NCBI GenBank assembly: GCA_963749915.1
Contig: CAVVOP010000008.1
Coordinates: forward strand, 800,001 to 864,000
Reading direction: 5' to 3'
Length of the DNA stretch: 64,000 nucleotides
Source: an uncultured cyanobacterium
GTDB lineage: Bacteria; Cyanobacteriota; Cyanobacteriia; Cyanobacteriales; Cyanobacteriaceae
Below are positions 42,701-52,520 of this stretch, piece by piece. Position 1 is the stretch's first letter. Each line of letters opens with the position of its first letter. The position numbers and the translations under genes were made by a program. The notes beneath the pieces were generated by a model. It saw only the letters and a program-made list of their open reading frames with translations, made no database searches and had not been told where the DNA came from.

Positions 42701-43291
42701 TTATGGATAAATAAGAGGGTAATTTTCTGGAGGAAGATAAACCCCGTCACAATCAGGCTTATGGCGATATTCGTTTAATTCAAAAGCTGAATTATGCCAT
42801 TTATACTGAGCAAAACTACCACAATCCCCTAAACCTCTAGTTTTCGTCTCTAGTATTAAAATTTGACTGAGGGGATCAAATTCTGCTGTACCGGTTAAAG
42901 TGTTAGTATTAGTTAGCCTTAAATTGTCACTAATATTGCTGTCAAAGGTGGTAAAGTCAATCACCCTAATTTCTGAAGATGCTTTATCAAATAAAATATA
43001 TTGATAGTTGCCCTGATAAGCACCGAAAAAGCATAAAATCTCTACCAAATATGTTTGGTTATTTAATCGATATATATTAGCAGAATTTTTTGATAACTTA
43101 TTATCTCGCTCTTGATTACATAAATTTAAAGTTTTTTGTTGACTGTAAATTATCTTGATTATTTCTTGCTTTTTTTCAGGAGTTATAGTTACTAATTCTT
43201 CCGATTTTTTTGCTTCTAGTTGACAGCCCAAACTATTTACTATTAATCCATAAATGATACATTTTAAAATTTTGAAAGAGAAATTGGACAA
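42701..43291 (-). CDS. DUF1176-like lipoprotein
   Basis: Lipobox SLGC; CFFGAYQ and KTRGLGDCG motifs. Confidence 0.7.
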   Translation of the reverse strand: MSNFSFKILKCIIYGLIVNSLGCQLEAKKSEELVTITPEKKQEIIKIIYSQQKTLNLCNQERDNKLSKNSANIYRLNNQTYLVEILCFFGAYQGNYQYILFDKASSEIRVIDFTTFDSNISDNLRLTNTNTLTGTAEFDPLSQILILETKTRGLGDCGSFAQYKWHNSAFELNEYRHKPDCDGVYLPPENYPLIYP

Positions 43292-43389
43292 TTTAGTTAT
43301 AGAGTAAATTTAAAAAAGTTTAGTCTATGGCAATATTAACTTAATATAATGTAAAATCGGATCCAAAATCATCGAGGGAAAAAAAAGAA

Positions 43390-44646
43390 TTGAGTCGTAA
43401 CTATTTATTTACATCCGAGTCCGTCACAGAAGGGCATCCTGACAAAATCTGTGACCAAATCTCTGACACTATTTTAGATGCTTTGTTAACTCAAGATCAA
43501 TCTAGTCGGGTGGCCGCAGAAGTAGTAGTTAACACTGGTTTAGTTTTGATTACTGGAGAAATTTCTTCTCAAGCCCACGTTAATTACATAAATTTGGCAC
43601 GCAAAAAAATTGCGGATATCGGCTATACTGACGCTAGTAACGGTTTTTCTGCTGATAGTTGCTCTGTTTTAATAGCTTTAGACGAACAATCCGCCGATAT
43701 TGCCCAAGGAGTTGATCAAGCACAAGAACAACGACAAAATCTCAGTGATGATGAACTGGATAAGATTGGGGCTGGGGATCAAGGCATTATGTTTGGTTTT
43801 GCTTGTAATGAGACTCCGGAGTTAATGCCTTTACCTATTAGTCTAGCTCACCGCATGGCCAGACGTTTAGCATTGGTTAGAAAGTCTGGAGAACTACCCT
43901 ATTTAGGTCCTGATGGGAAAACTCAGGTGACGATCGCCTACGAAAATGATCAACCTGTAGGTATTGACACTATTTTAATTTCTACTCAGCACACTGCTAC
44001 CATCGGCAATATTACTGATAATAATTCTATTCAGGCGACTTTAAAAGAGGCAATTCAAGAAGTGGTAGTTAGTCCTGTTTTCCACGATTTACAAATTAAG
44101 CCGACGGATAAAACCCGTTTCTTACTGAATCCCACAGGCAAATTCGTCATTGGTGGGCCTCAAGGGGACTCTGGCTTGACAGGGCGTAAAATTATTATTG
44201 ATACCTATGGCGGTTATTCTCGTCATGGTGGTGGTGCTTTTTCGGGCAAAGACCCTACTAAAGTCGATCGTAGCGCTTCCTATGCCTGTCGTTATGTCGC
44301 TAAAAATATTGTAGCCGCTGGATTAGCTAGTAAGTGTGAAGTGCAAGTAAGTTATGCCATCGGTGTGGCTCAACCTGTGAGTATTTTTATTGAAACTTTT
44401 GGAACGGCAACTATCCCCGAAGAAAAACTATTGCCCTTGGTTAAGGCCCATTTTGACTTACGCCCCGCAGGTATTATTCAAATGTTCAACTTATGTTCTT
44501 TACCTTCTCAACGAAATGGTCGTTTTTACCAAGATGTTGCCGCTTATGGGCATTTTGGACGTACTGATTTAGATCTACCTTGGGAAAGAACTGATAAAGC
44601 CGCTTTACTTCTGGATTCTATTGGCCAAAAATTGGCGATCGCCTAG
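43390..44646 (+). CDS. metK: S-adenosylmethionine synthetase
   Basis: [19 protein letters not shown] and GGGAFSGKD motifs. Confidence 0.98.
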   Translation: MSRNYLFTSESVTEGHPDKICDQISDTILDALLTQDQSSRVAAEVVVNTGLVLITGEISSQAHVNYINLARKKIADIGYTDASNGFSADSCSVLIALDEQSADIAQGVDQAQEQRQNLSDDELDKIGAGDQGIMFGFACNETPELMPLPISLAHRMARRLALVRKSGELPYLGPDGKTQVTIAYENDQPVGIDTILISTQHTATIGNITDNNSIQATLKEAIQEVVVSPVFHDLQIKPTDKTRFLLNPTGKFVIGGPQGDSGLTGRKIIIDTYGGYSRHGGGAFSGKDPTKVDRSASYACRYVAKNIVAAGLASKCEVQVSYAIGVAQPVSIFIETFGTATIPEEKLLPLVKAHFDLRPAGIIQMFNLCSLPSQRNGRFYQDVAAYGHFGRTDLDLPWERTDKAALLLDSIGQKLAIA

Positions 44647-44766
44647 AGTAATTAACAATTAACAATTAGCCATGAAGAAAAAACTGCGAAAGTGTAGAAA
44701 GTATAATTATAGATCATTGTGAACTACCTAAATCGAACTTAACGTAACTGTGAAACTTTTTTACTT

Positions 44767-46212
44767 ATGACACCCAAATTCACTACTTTTATGGTCGCTA
44801 TTAGTATTAATATTCCCGTACTATTACTATGCCATCCCACTCAAGCCCAATCCTCTGCCATGGAGGAAAATCCTGGTTTGAGCCCTTTATTACCGCCTCT
44901 TCAACCCCTTACTCCACCGAAAATCTTACCAGAAACGAAGCCCTATGCTTTAGGTCCAGGTGATATCATTCGGGTTAGTGTGTATGAACTACCGGATCAA
45001 GGGGGCGAATTTCAAATATCTACTGACGGCACAATTTCTATTCCCTTGATAGGTACTTTGAACATTGAAGGAAAAACCGTTGAACAAGTCTATCAACTTT
45101 TAACGGAAGAATATAGTCTGTTTCTCAAGCGTCCAGTGGTTACTGTCACCCTCATAGCACAACGCCCCCTGAAATTGGCCATCGCAGGAGAAATAAATGT
45201 ACCAGGAAAATACACCCTAAGTCCTGACTTAGGAGATAGAAAACGACCAAAAGTAACCGATTTACTTGAACAAGCAGGGGGTTTAACCGTCTCAGCCAAT
45301 GTGAGAGAAATTCTCTTAAAAAGAAATGAAAATAACGGTGAAAGAATTTACACCATAGACTTTTGGCAACTATTACAACAGGGAGACTTAAAACAAGATG
45401 TTGACTTACAGGACGGAGACGTAATTATCATACCCAAACAAGAAATAATCAATGCCAGAGAAAATCGTCAATTAGCCGATGCCAATTTTGGGATTAAATT
45501 TGCTCAACCGCCCAATGTTACCATTGTAGGGGAAGTTAACCGCCCCGGTGCTTATACCATACCCATTGAAACAGGATCTCCTCGACTTACGATTGCTTTA
45601 CAACAAAGTGGCGGTATCCGAGAAATGGCTAATATTCGTGAAATTACCGTTAATCGTATTACTAGAGATGGACAAGAGCAAACCATTGAGATCAATCTAT
45701 GGGAAATGCTAGAAACAGGAGATGTCAATAAAGATATTGTTTTACAAGATGGAGATACAATCATCGTACCAAGAGCGGAGGAAATTGATCCCGCCGAAGC
45801 ACAAACCATTGCCTCTGCTAACTTTTCTCCCGCCGAAATTATCGTTAACGTGGTGGGTTCAGTGAGAAGGCCGGGGGGCCTACAAATAACTCCCAATAGC
45901 CCTTTAAATAATGCGATATTAGCTGCTGGCGGTTTTGATGATCGTCGTGCTAATAAGAGTGTAGTGCAACTGCTGAGGGTTAATCCTAATGGTACAGTTA
46001 CCAAAAGGGATGTTTCTGTAGATTTAGCCGCGGAGGTTAATGAAGAAACAAACCCTATTCTTAAAAATAATGATGTGATTATCGTTAATAGGAACGTTTT
46101 CGCCGCAATTGGCGACGGTTTTGAGACGGTTTTTGGACCGATCGGTAGAACTTTTTCTATTTATAATTTGTTTAATAATGCCTTTGATAATAACAATAAT
46201 AATAGGAGATAA
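44767..46212 (+). CDS. Polysaccharide export protein with SLBB domains (Wza-like)
   Basis: YALGPGD, DGTISIPLIG and repeated GEV.RPG...AGG. Confidence 0.88.
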   Translation: MTPKFTTFMVAISINIPVLLLCHPTQAQSSAMEENPGLSPLLPPLQPLTPPKILPETKPYALGPGDIIRVSVYELPDQGGEFQISTDGTISIPLIGTLNIEGKTVEQVYQLLTEEYSLFLKRPVVTVTLIAQRPLKLAIAGEINVPGKYTLSPDLGDRKRPKVTDLLEQAGGLTVSANVREILLKRNENNGERIYTIDFWQLLQQGDLKQDVDLQDGDVIIIPKQEIINARENRQLADANFGIKFAQPPNVTIVGEVNRPGAYTIPIETGSPRLTIALQQSGGIREMANIREITVNRITRDGQEQTIEINLWEMLETGDVNKDIVLQDGDTIIVPRAEEIDPAEAQTIASANFSPAEIIVNVVGSVRRPGGLQITPNSPLNNAILAAGGFDDRRANKSVVQLLRVNPNGTVTKRDVSVDLAAEVNEETNPILKNNDVIIVNRNVFAAIGDGFETVFGPIGRTFSIYNLFNNAFDNNNNNRR

Positions 46213-46332
46213 CTTCCCATCTAGCAACAGAATTATTTTTCTAATTTCACAGTTTTTCAAGAATAATTTTGGACTGCTATCATTCCTTCTTCTCTTTCCT
46301 TTTTCCCTTATCAACTATCAATTATTTAAAAA

Positions 46333-48666
46333 ATGTCCCCAAAAAAAGACTCAGATTATGAATTAGGATCTAACAATAATGATCTTCAGGATATAGAAAA
46401 TAATGTCGTCTCCTCTTTATCAATGATCTCCCAAAAAGCGGATCAAGAAGCTGATAATGTTAATAGTTTTTCCCGGTTTTTCTCATTACTAAAAAGACGC
46501 TGGATGGTTTTTACCAGCGTAACAGTGGGGGTTACTGCTGCCATAAGTTTTTGGACTTATCAACAATCACCAATTTATCAAGGTAAGTTCCTGTTATTGG
46601 TGGACAAATTCGAGGAAAAAGGAAAAAGTGATGCTAATATAAATGGCTCGATATCCCCATCTCAACCATCAGAAATTGACTACAATACGGAAATAGAAAT
46701 TTTGGCTAGTACCAGTGTTTTGCTACCTATTTTAGATAAAATTTCTGTTGAATATCCCGATATTTATGAGGATATTAACCTCGAAAAATTAGACAATTTA
46801 ACCATTAAACCCTTAGAAAATACGAAAATAGTAGAAGTTATTTTTAAAAATAAAGATCCTCAAAAAATTAAATATGTTTTAGACGAAATTGCGAGTAGTT
46901 ATTTAGCTAACAATTTGGCAGAAAATAAAAATAATATTAATGAAGGTTTAAAATTTGTCCGAAATCAAGTGCCACAATTAGAAAATAAAGTAACATCTTT
47001 ACAGACTCAATTACAAACTTTAAGACAACAATATCAGTTTATCGATCCCCAAGTTAAAGCCACAGAATTAACTCAACAATTATTAGCTGTGGAACAAGAT
47101 TATTTAGCGACTCAAGTTCAGTTAAAACAAGCCAATTCTGCTTATATTAATTTACAACAACAGTTAAATTTATCTCCCGAACAAGCCATTGCTGTTAGTT
47201 ATTTAACGGAATCACCAAAATACCAAAGTTTATTAAAACAATTACAAGATTTGGAACTAGAATTAGCAGTACAATCCGCTATTTTTACTGACAAAAGTCC
47301 TCAAATTATTACTTTAAAAGAAAAAAGAGAAAATGTCACCCAATTATTAAGACAAGAAAGTCGAAATGTCCTAGCTCAAGAATTTGGCAATATTACTGAT
47401 CAAGAATCGATCGCCTTATCTTCTCCTAATCAAATTCGCACGAAATTAACAGAAGAATTACTGTTAAAAGCTAACGAACTAAAAATGTTTCAAACCAAAG
47501 TTGACAGTTTAAAAATAGTATTAGAAGAACTGAAACAACGCACTCAACAAATGCCCACGATTACCAGACAATATGCCGATTTACAGAGAGAATTGCAATC
47601 CACCACTGACAGTTTAAAACGTTTCTTAGAAATCAGAGAAAAACTGGAATTAGAGCAAGCCCAAAAAAACGTAACTTGGCGCATAATAAACCCTCCTAAA
47701 ATTCCCGATGAACCTGTTTATCCCACCCCATTAAATAATATCATTATTGGTTTTCTAGGAGGATTAATTTTAGGTATGACAACGGCTTTAATCGTTGATA
47801 AATTAGACGTTTCAATACATACATTAGAACAATTAAAAGAATTAATAAAACAACCTATTTTAGGAAAAATACCCATTCATAAAAACATTAATTCCGTAGA
47901 GGAAGTCATCCGCAAAGCCTTACCCTCCCTTCACTCTAGCCCTGAATCTGCCCTTAGTTGGATGCCAAAAACCACCCAACCTCAAGAATACACCTCATCT
48001 TATTGGATTGAATCTTTCCGTAACCTTTATACCAACGTCAGTTTATTAGGCTCGGACTCTCCTGTTAACTCCTTGGTAATTAGTTCCGCTAATCCCGCCG
48101 AGGGTAAATCTACCATCAGTCTTAATTTAGCACAAGGGGCGGCGGCTATGGGGCAAAAAGTATTGTTAATCGATGCGGATTTACGATTACCTCAATTACA
48201 TCGCCTCTTGGGAGTGGATAATGAGAATGGTTTAACTAACGTTTTAGCTACGGGAGTTGACTTGGTGTCGGCGATCAAAGAAGTGCCTCAATGGGAAAAT
48301 TTATCAGTCATCACCGCCGGACAAATACCACCAGATCCTACTCGCTTGTTACACTCGAAAAAAATGCAACAGATTATCAAAGAATTAAAGGAATCTGAAA
48401 AATTTGACTTTATTATCTATGATAGTCCTTCAGTGTTGGGTTTCTCCGACGCCAAAATTCTCGCCCCGAATACCAATGGTTTAATTTTAGTCGTGAAATT
48501 AGGTAAAACAGAGAGTTCTGATTTGCAGCAGGTCACAGAACAATTAAAAATATCTCATATTCCTCTGTTGGGTATTGTTGCTAATGGAATCAAATATAAT
48601 GATCAAGGAGGATATTATCGCTCTAACTATCATAATTATTATAAATCTCATCGAGGTAAGGTATAG
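46333..48666 (+). CDS. Polysaccharide co-polymerase / BY tyrosine kinase (Wzc-like)
   Basis: Two TMs, coiled coil, AEGKST, IDADLR, IYDSP and a Tyr-rich tail YYRSNYHNYY. Confidence 0.9.
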   Translation: MSPKKDSDYELGSNNNDLQDIENNVVSSLSMISQKADQEADNVNSFSRFFSLLKRRWMVFTSVTVGVTAAISFWTYQQSPIYQGKFLLLVDKFEEKGKSDANINGSISPSQPSEIDYNTEIEILASTSVLLPILDKISVEYPDIYEDINLEKLDNLTIKPLENTKIVEVIFKNKDPQKIKYVLDEIASSYLANNLAENKNNINEGLKFVRNQVPQLENKVTSLQTQLQTLRQQYQFIDPQVKATELTQQLLAVEQDYLATQVQLKQANSAYINLQQQLNLSPEQAIAVSYLTESPKYQSLLKQLQDLELELAVQSAIFTDKSPQIITLKEKRENVTQLLRQESRNVLAQEFGNITDQESIALSSPNQIRTKLTEELLLKANELKMFQTKVDSLKIVLEELKQRTQQMPTITRQYADLQRELQSTTDSLKRFLEIREKLELEQAQKNVTWRIINPPKIPDEPVYPTPLNNIIIGFLGGLILGMTTALIVDKLDVSIHTLEQLKELIKQPILGKIPIHKNINSVEEVIRKALPSLHSSPESALSWMPKTTQPQEYTSSYWIESFRNLYTNVSLLGSDSPVNSLVISSANPAEGKSTISLNLAQGAAAMGQKVLLIDADLRLPQLHRLLGVDNENGLTNVLATGVDLVSAIKEVPQWENLSVITAGQIPPDPTRLLHSKKMQQIIKELKESEKFDFIIYDSPSVLGFSDAKILAPNTNGLILVVKLGKTESSDLQQVTEQLKISHIPLLGIVANGIKYNDQGGYYRSNYHNYYKSHRGKV

Positions 48667-48756
48667 ATGATGGTTGATTGATGGAAAGAAATATTCAAAA
48701 CCTACCCTTGTAAACTCTTGGTGGCTCATATTTTAGCAATTATTGATTATTAAACT

Positions 48757-49281
48757 ATGGTTTCTACATTATTACTCACAATATTGTTAATGATCGGTCT
48801 GTTTTTCTTCATCAGAGGAAGTATCAAAGATCGTACAGAAATTGTGACTCTGGCCTGTCAAGATACTGAAGATAATATTCTGAGTTATTTAAGAAATTAT
48901 TTTCAAACTAGATCCTATAAAGTCACGGCTATCGATGGTGAAACTAATAAAGTATCCTTAGAAGGACTTGTTTCCCCTAGCATTTTTTTAGCAGTTTTTC
49001 TGAGTTTTTTAGCAGGTTGTGGTTTATTTTGTTTTGCGTTAGTTTTATCGATGTTATTTTCTACCGAAAGTAATCTATTTTTAGGGTTACTAATTCTTGC
49101 ACCCCTTGCAGGTTTTTTCTATTGGAAAGGTGCCGGTAGAGTTGAAAAAGTAGTTTTTCGTTTAGATAGCAATACTCAAGAATCTGCCGATACGATTATT
49201 ACAATTCAAGCACACAGGGACGAACTAATACAATTACAAAATACTTTTCCTTTTATTTATTCCGTGAAGGAAACTGTTTAA
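48757..49281 (+). CDS. Cofactor assembly of complex C subunit B (CCB1-like)
   Basis: STLLLT.L..IGLFFFIR.S.KDR, FFYW..A.R.E and AHRDEL motifs. Confidence 0.8.
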   Translation: MVSTLLLTILLMIGLFFFIRGSIKDRTEIVTLACQDTEDNILSYLRNYFQTRSYKVTAIDGETNKVSLEGLVSPSIFLAVFLSFLAGCGLFCFALVLSMLFSTESNLFLGLLILAPLAGFFYWKGAGRVEKVVFRLDSNTQESADTIITIQAHRDELIQLQNTFPFIYSVKETV

Positions 49282-49334
49282 AACTATAAATCTTCTCTCC
49301 CAACTCCCACCGCCCTTCTCCCCTGCTACCACAA

Positions 49335-49475
49335 CCCCTAATTTCAAAATTGTTCAAGCACTAGTACTCTGACATTTCTAATTTGAGGGGTAAAACTATT
49401 TTCGAAAATCTAACATCTAAAATCCAAAATTATCTTAACCAGTCCATCAATATGGTGCTGTCAAAACAATACTAG
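49335..49475. mobile_element. Degenerate MITE family C copies joined at a shared CTAG
   Basis: 49361-49475 aligns to the reverse complement of 38724-38829; 49335-49364 resembles the right end of that element. Confidence 0.6.
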
Positions 49476-49568
49476 TGTCACTGGTCAGTAATCAGTTGAT
49501 TCTTTATTGACTTATGGTTGTCTCAATAGGGAATCTAGGCTAAAATTTTAGACAAAATAACTGGAATT

Positions 49569-50747
49569 ATGATGTTAATTCGTCGATTCATCATTGCCCT
49601 TGCTTTTGTTTATCCTCTTGTTAGTTCTTTCCCTCTAAAAGCTCAAGATCATTTCTCCGAACCTCCTTCTTCATCGGAAACTAAAACAGATTTACCCTCT
49701 AAATTACGGGTGGGATTTGCAGGAGGAGAACCGGCTGTGATTGTCTCTGGGACTGGAAAAATAACTGGAATTACAGTAGAAATGTGGCACGAACTGGCCG
49801 AAAAACTGAATCTTAACGATGAAATGGTTTTCTATTCCTCTGTTCCTGAGATGTTAGTTCACTTGGGACTGGGGAAAATTGATGTGGCGTTTGGGACAAT
49901 TTCGATTACGCCAGAGCGATTAGAACTCTTTGATTTTACGCAACCCGTTGGCCAAGACCATCTCACCTTACTGTTACCCTCTTCTCCACCGACGTTGTGG
50001 GGTATTGTTCGCCCCTTCTTGGGATGGGCTTTTATTTCCTCCGCAGGAGTCATTTATCTTTGTCTGTTCACCGTTGGCAATTTGCTCTGGTTAGCGGAAC
50101 ACAAGGACAACCCTGAACAGTTTACCCCTGAATATTTTAAGGGAATTAAAGAAGGAATGTGGTGTGCTGTCATGACCTTTACCACTGTCGGCTATGGCGA
50201 TCGCTATCCCATTACCCCCTTAGGACGCATCATTGCCTCATGGTGGGCGATTATTTCCACCATTATTGTTAGTTCATTAACTGCTGGAATTGCTACAACC
50301 TTGGCTTTGGCGTTTTCCCCTCGTTCAGTTGAGGAGTTTAGTAAACCCCAAGATTTAAACAATGCCCGTATCGCCGTGATAACCGGTTCAAATGCGGCAA
50401 AATGGGCGACATACTATGGAGCACGTCTGGTGCCTATCAAAGATCTAGCATCTGGTATTACCCAGTTGAAAAACAAACAGGTGGACGCAATTCTTTATTC
50501 CCGTTTATTTTTAGAAAATTACCTCCATCAAAATCCTCAGATTGATTATCGAATGGCCAATTTTAGTCTAGGAACTGAAGACTATAGTATTGCTCTGACC
50601 GCCAATAATCCTTTAACTAAAAAATTGAATGAGCAGTTATTTAACATTGATACGCAAATTAAATTTCAACAAATTGCAGAGAATTGGTTTCAGTTTAAAA
50701 ACGACGATTCCCGTTATAACAATCGAGGATCTAGCAATACTAAATGA
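49569..50747 (+). CDS. GluR0-like ligand-gated K+ channel
   Basis: Split SBP_bac_3 ligand-binding domain (ISITPER...FDFTQP) flanking a TM-pore with TTVGYGD. Confidence 0.88.
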   Translation: MMLIRRFIIALAFVYPLVSSFPLKAQDHFSEPPSSSETKTDLPSKLRVGFAGGEPAVIVSGTGKITGITVEMWHELAEKLNLNDEMVFYSSVPEMLVHLGLGKIDVAFGTISITPERLELFDFTQPVGQDHLTLLLPSSPPTLWGIVRPFLGWAFISSAGVIYLCLFTVGNLLWLAEHKDNPEQFTPEYFKGIKEGMWCAVMTFTTVGYGDRYPITPLGRIIASWWAIISTIIVSSLTAGIATTLALAFSPRSVEEFSKPQDLNNARIAVITGSNAAKWATYYGARLVPIKDLASGITQLKNKQVDAILYSRLFLENYLHQNPQIDYRMANFSLGTEDYSIALTANNPLTKKLNEQLFNIDTQIKFQQIAENWFQFKNDDSRYNNRGSSNTK

Positions 50748-50816
50748 ATAAACATGGATTAATCTCTATTATTCATGCAATCATTAAAAATAGTAAAGCT
50801 AAAAATTAATTCTTCA

Positions 50817-50881
50817 TTCTAAATTCTAAATTCTAAATTACCCTCCAGAGAGTCTTTTTCGGGCAAATCCCTTGCAGTATT
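50817..50881 (+). mobile_element. MITE family A partial copy overlapping the 3' end of the nuclease gene
   Basis: (TTCTAAA)3 TTACCCTC...GCAGTATT, as in 19170-19238. Confidence 0.65.
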
Positions 50882-51656
50882 CAGCAAGGCCCACAATTTC
50901 TATGTCATCGAGAGAAGTGGGTAAATTTTGATCTAATTCCGATTCCGTTGATAAATTAGGAAAATTATGACGATGGGGGCAAGTTTCACAGTTATTATGA
51001 TGAGGAAAATTAAGTCTATTTTCGATATATTCTGCGGTTAAATACTCTAGTTTTTCTAATAAATAATTTAACTCTTTTCTGGTTTTTTCGTGTTTCGTTT
51101 TATTATATTTAATGGTCTGTCGTTGCGGCTTATTGGGTAACTTAACAAACCAATAAGTAAAAGAAAGTTGGTGAGGTCTATAGTCAAGTTTCTCTGCTAA
51201 AATATATAGATATAGTTTTGTTTGCCAATTATTAATTAATTTATCCTCATCTTGAGGTTTTAAATAAGTTTTCCAATCAAAAATTACCGCCTTATTTTTA
51301 TATAAAATTAATAAATCATAAACTGAGGTAAATAAATAATTATTAAGGGTATAGTTAACCTGATATTCTGCCTTTTTCGTAATAATTTCAGAAGAAGTCC
51401 ATATATCTTCAGTGGCATTAATTAAAGCCTTCACAGAAAGTTTTAAATCGTCATTATCTGTTTGAATATCATCGATAGGTAAACCTAAATTATGTTGTTG
51501 CATCAACAGATGGAACTGTTTTCCCCATTGGGTTTTTTCTTCTTGGATTAAATTAAAAGGAATTTTTAACTGTTGTAAATAAATTTTTTGAAATAGTGGC
51601 GGACAAGTTTCTAATGTATTCAAATGTTTTTGGGATAAATGCCAATGTGATGTCAT
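50838..51656 (-). CDS. PD-(D/E)XK nuclease family protein (AddB/RecB-like)
   Basis: LSQ..L..LETCP, WGKQFH, YDLL...IFDWKT, WQTKLY and CETC motifs. Confidence 0.8.
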   Translation of the reverse strand: MTSHWHLSQKHLNTLETCPPLFQKIYLQQLKIPFNLIQEEKTQWGKQFHLLMQQHNLGLPIDDIQTDNDDLKLSVKALINATEDIWTSSEIITKKAEYQVNYTLNNYLFTSVYDLLILYKNKAVIFDWKTYLKPQDEDKLINNWQTKLYLYILAEKLDYRPHQLSFTYWFVKLPNKPQRQTIKYNKTKHEKTRKELNYLLEKLEYLTAEYIENRLNFPHHNNCETCPHRHNFPNLSTESELDQNLPTSLDDIEIVGLAEYCKGFARKRLSGG

Positions 51657-51713
51657 AAGGCAATATACTGATAGTTAGATAATTTTGTATAAACTTATTA
51701 TTAATAACTCATC

Positions 51714-52412
51714 ATGTCAGAAGTAGAAAGAATATTATTAGTGGATGATGAACCCGGTATCAGAGAGTCAGTACAAGCATACCTAAATTATAACGAAAAT
51801 TGGCAAGTAGAAGTGGCCAGTAATGCCAAAGAAGCGTGGCAAAAGTTAGAACATGATACCCCTGATTTAATTATCTCCGATATTATGATGCCGGAGGTTA
51901 ATGGGTTACAGTTTTTGGCACAACTAAAAGAAGATAGTCGTTTTTGTTCAGTACCTGTGGTATTTCTGACAGCTAAAGGAATGACAACTGATCGCATAGA
52001 GGGATATACTGCCGGATGTGATGCGTATTTACCAAAACCCTTTGATGCCGATGAGTTAGAAGCTATTGTCAGAAACTTATTGGCGAAAAAAAGAACCCAG
52101 CAAGAAAATACTGAAGGGAATGTTCAATTAGAGGAGTTAGTTAAAGATGTGAAAGACATCAAAGATAAACTCAAAAACAGTAGTAGTAAGTTTACCATTA
52201 CAGAGCCTCCCATAGCCATTGATTTAACCCCAAGAGAACAAAGTGTCTTAGATTTAGTGGCACAGGGTTTAATGAATAAAGAAATTGCGAAAACCTTGGA
52301 AACCAGCGTTAGAAACGTCGAAAAATACGTTAGTCGTCTTTTCAGCAAAACGGGTACTAATAGCCGCACTGAATTAGTCAGATTTGCATTGAAACACGGA
52401 TTGACAGATTAA
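51714..52412 (+). CDS. NarL/LuxR response regulator (Ycf29/Rre1-like)
   Basis: Receiver domain plus LTPREQSVL...GLMNKEIA...RNVEKYVSRL. Confidence 0.9.
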   Translation: MSEVERILLVDDEPGIRESVQAYLNYNENWQVEVASNAKEAWQKLEHDTPDLIISDIMMPEVNGLQFLAQLKEDSRFCSVPVVFLTAKGMTTDRIEGYTAGCDAYLPKPFDADELEAIVRNLLAKKRTQQENTEGNVQLEELVKDVKDIKDKLKNSSSKFTITEPPIAIDLTPREQSVLDLVAQGLMNKEIAKTLETSVRNVEKYVSRLFSKTGTNSRTELVRFALKHGLTD

Positions 52413-52465
52413 CAATGAACAAAGGAAAGGCAGAAGAGAATACTAACCCATCTTTCTAGTTAAAT

Positions 52466-52498
52466 AAAAAAAGGGGCGAGACAATAATGCCCACCCCC
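52466..52498 (-). terminator. Intrinsic terminator of clpC
   Basis: Minus strand GGGGTGGGCA-TTAT-TGTCTCGCCCC-TTTTTTT. Confidence 0.65.
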
Positions 52499-52520
52499 AG
52501 AGATTAGTTAAATAAAACGT

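Noticed and set aside
50838..51656. Cas4 or defence nuclease
   Set aside because: Solo PD-(D/E)XK gene in a housekeeping context, with an incomplete Cys set and no CRISPR or cas neighbours.
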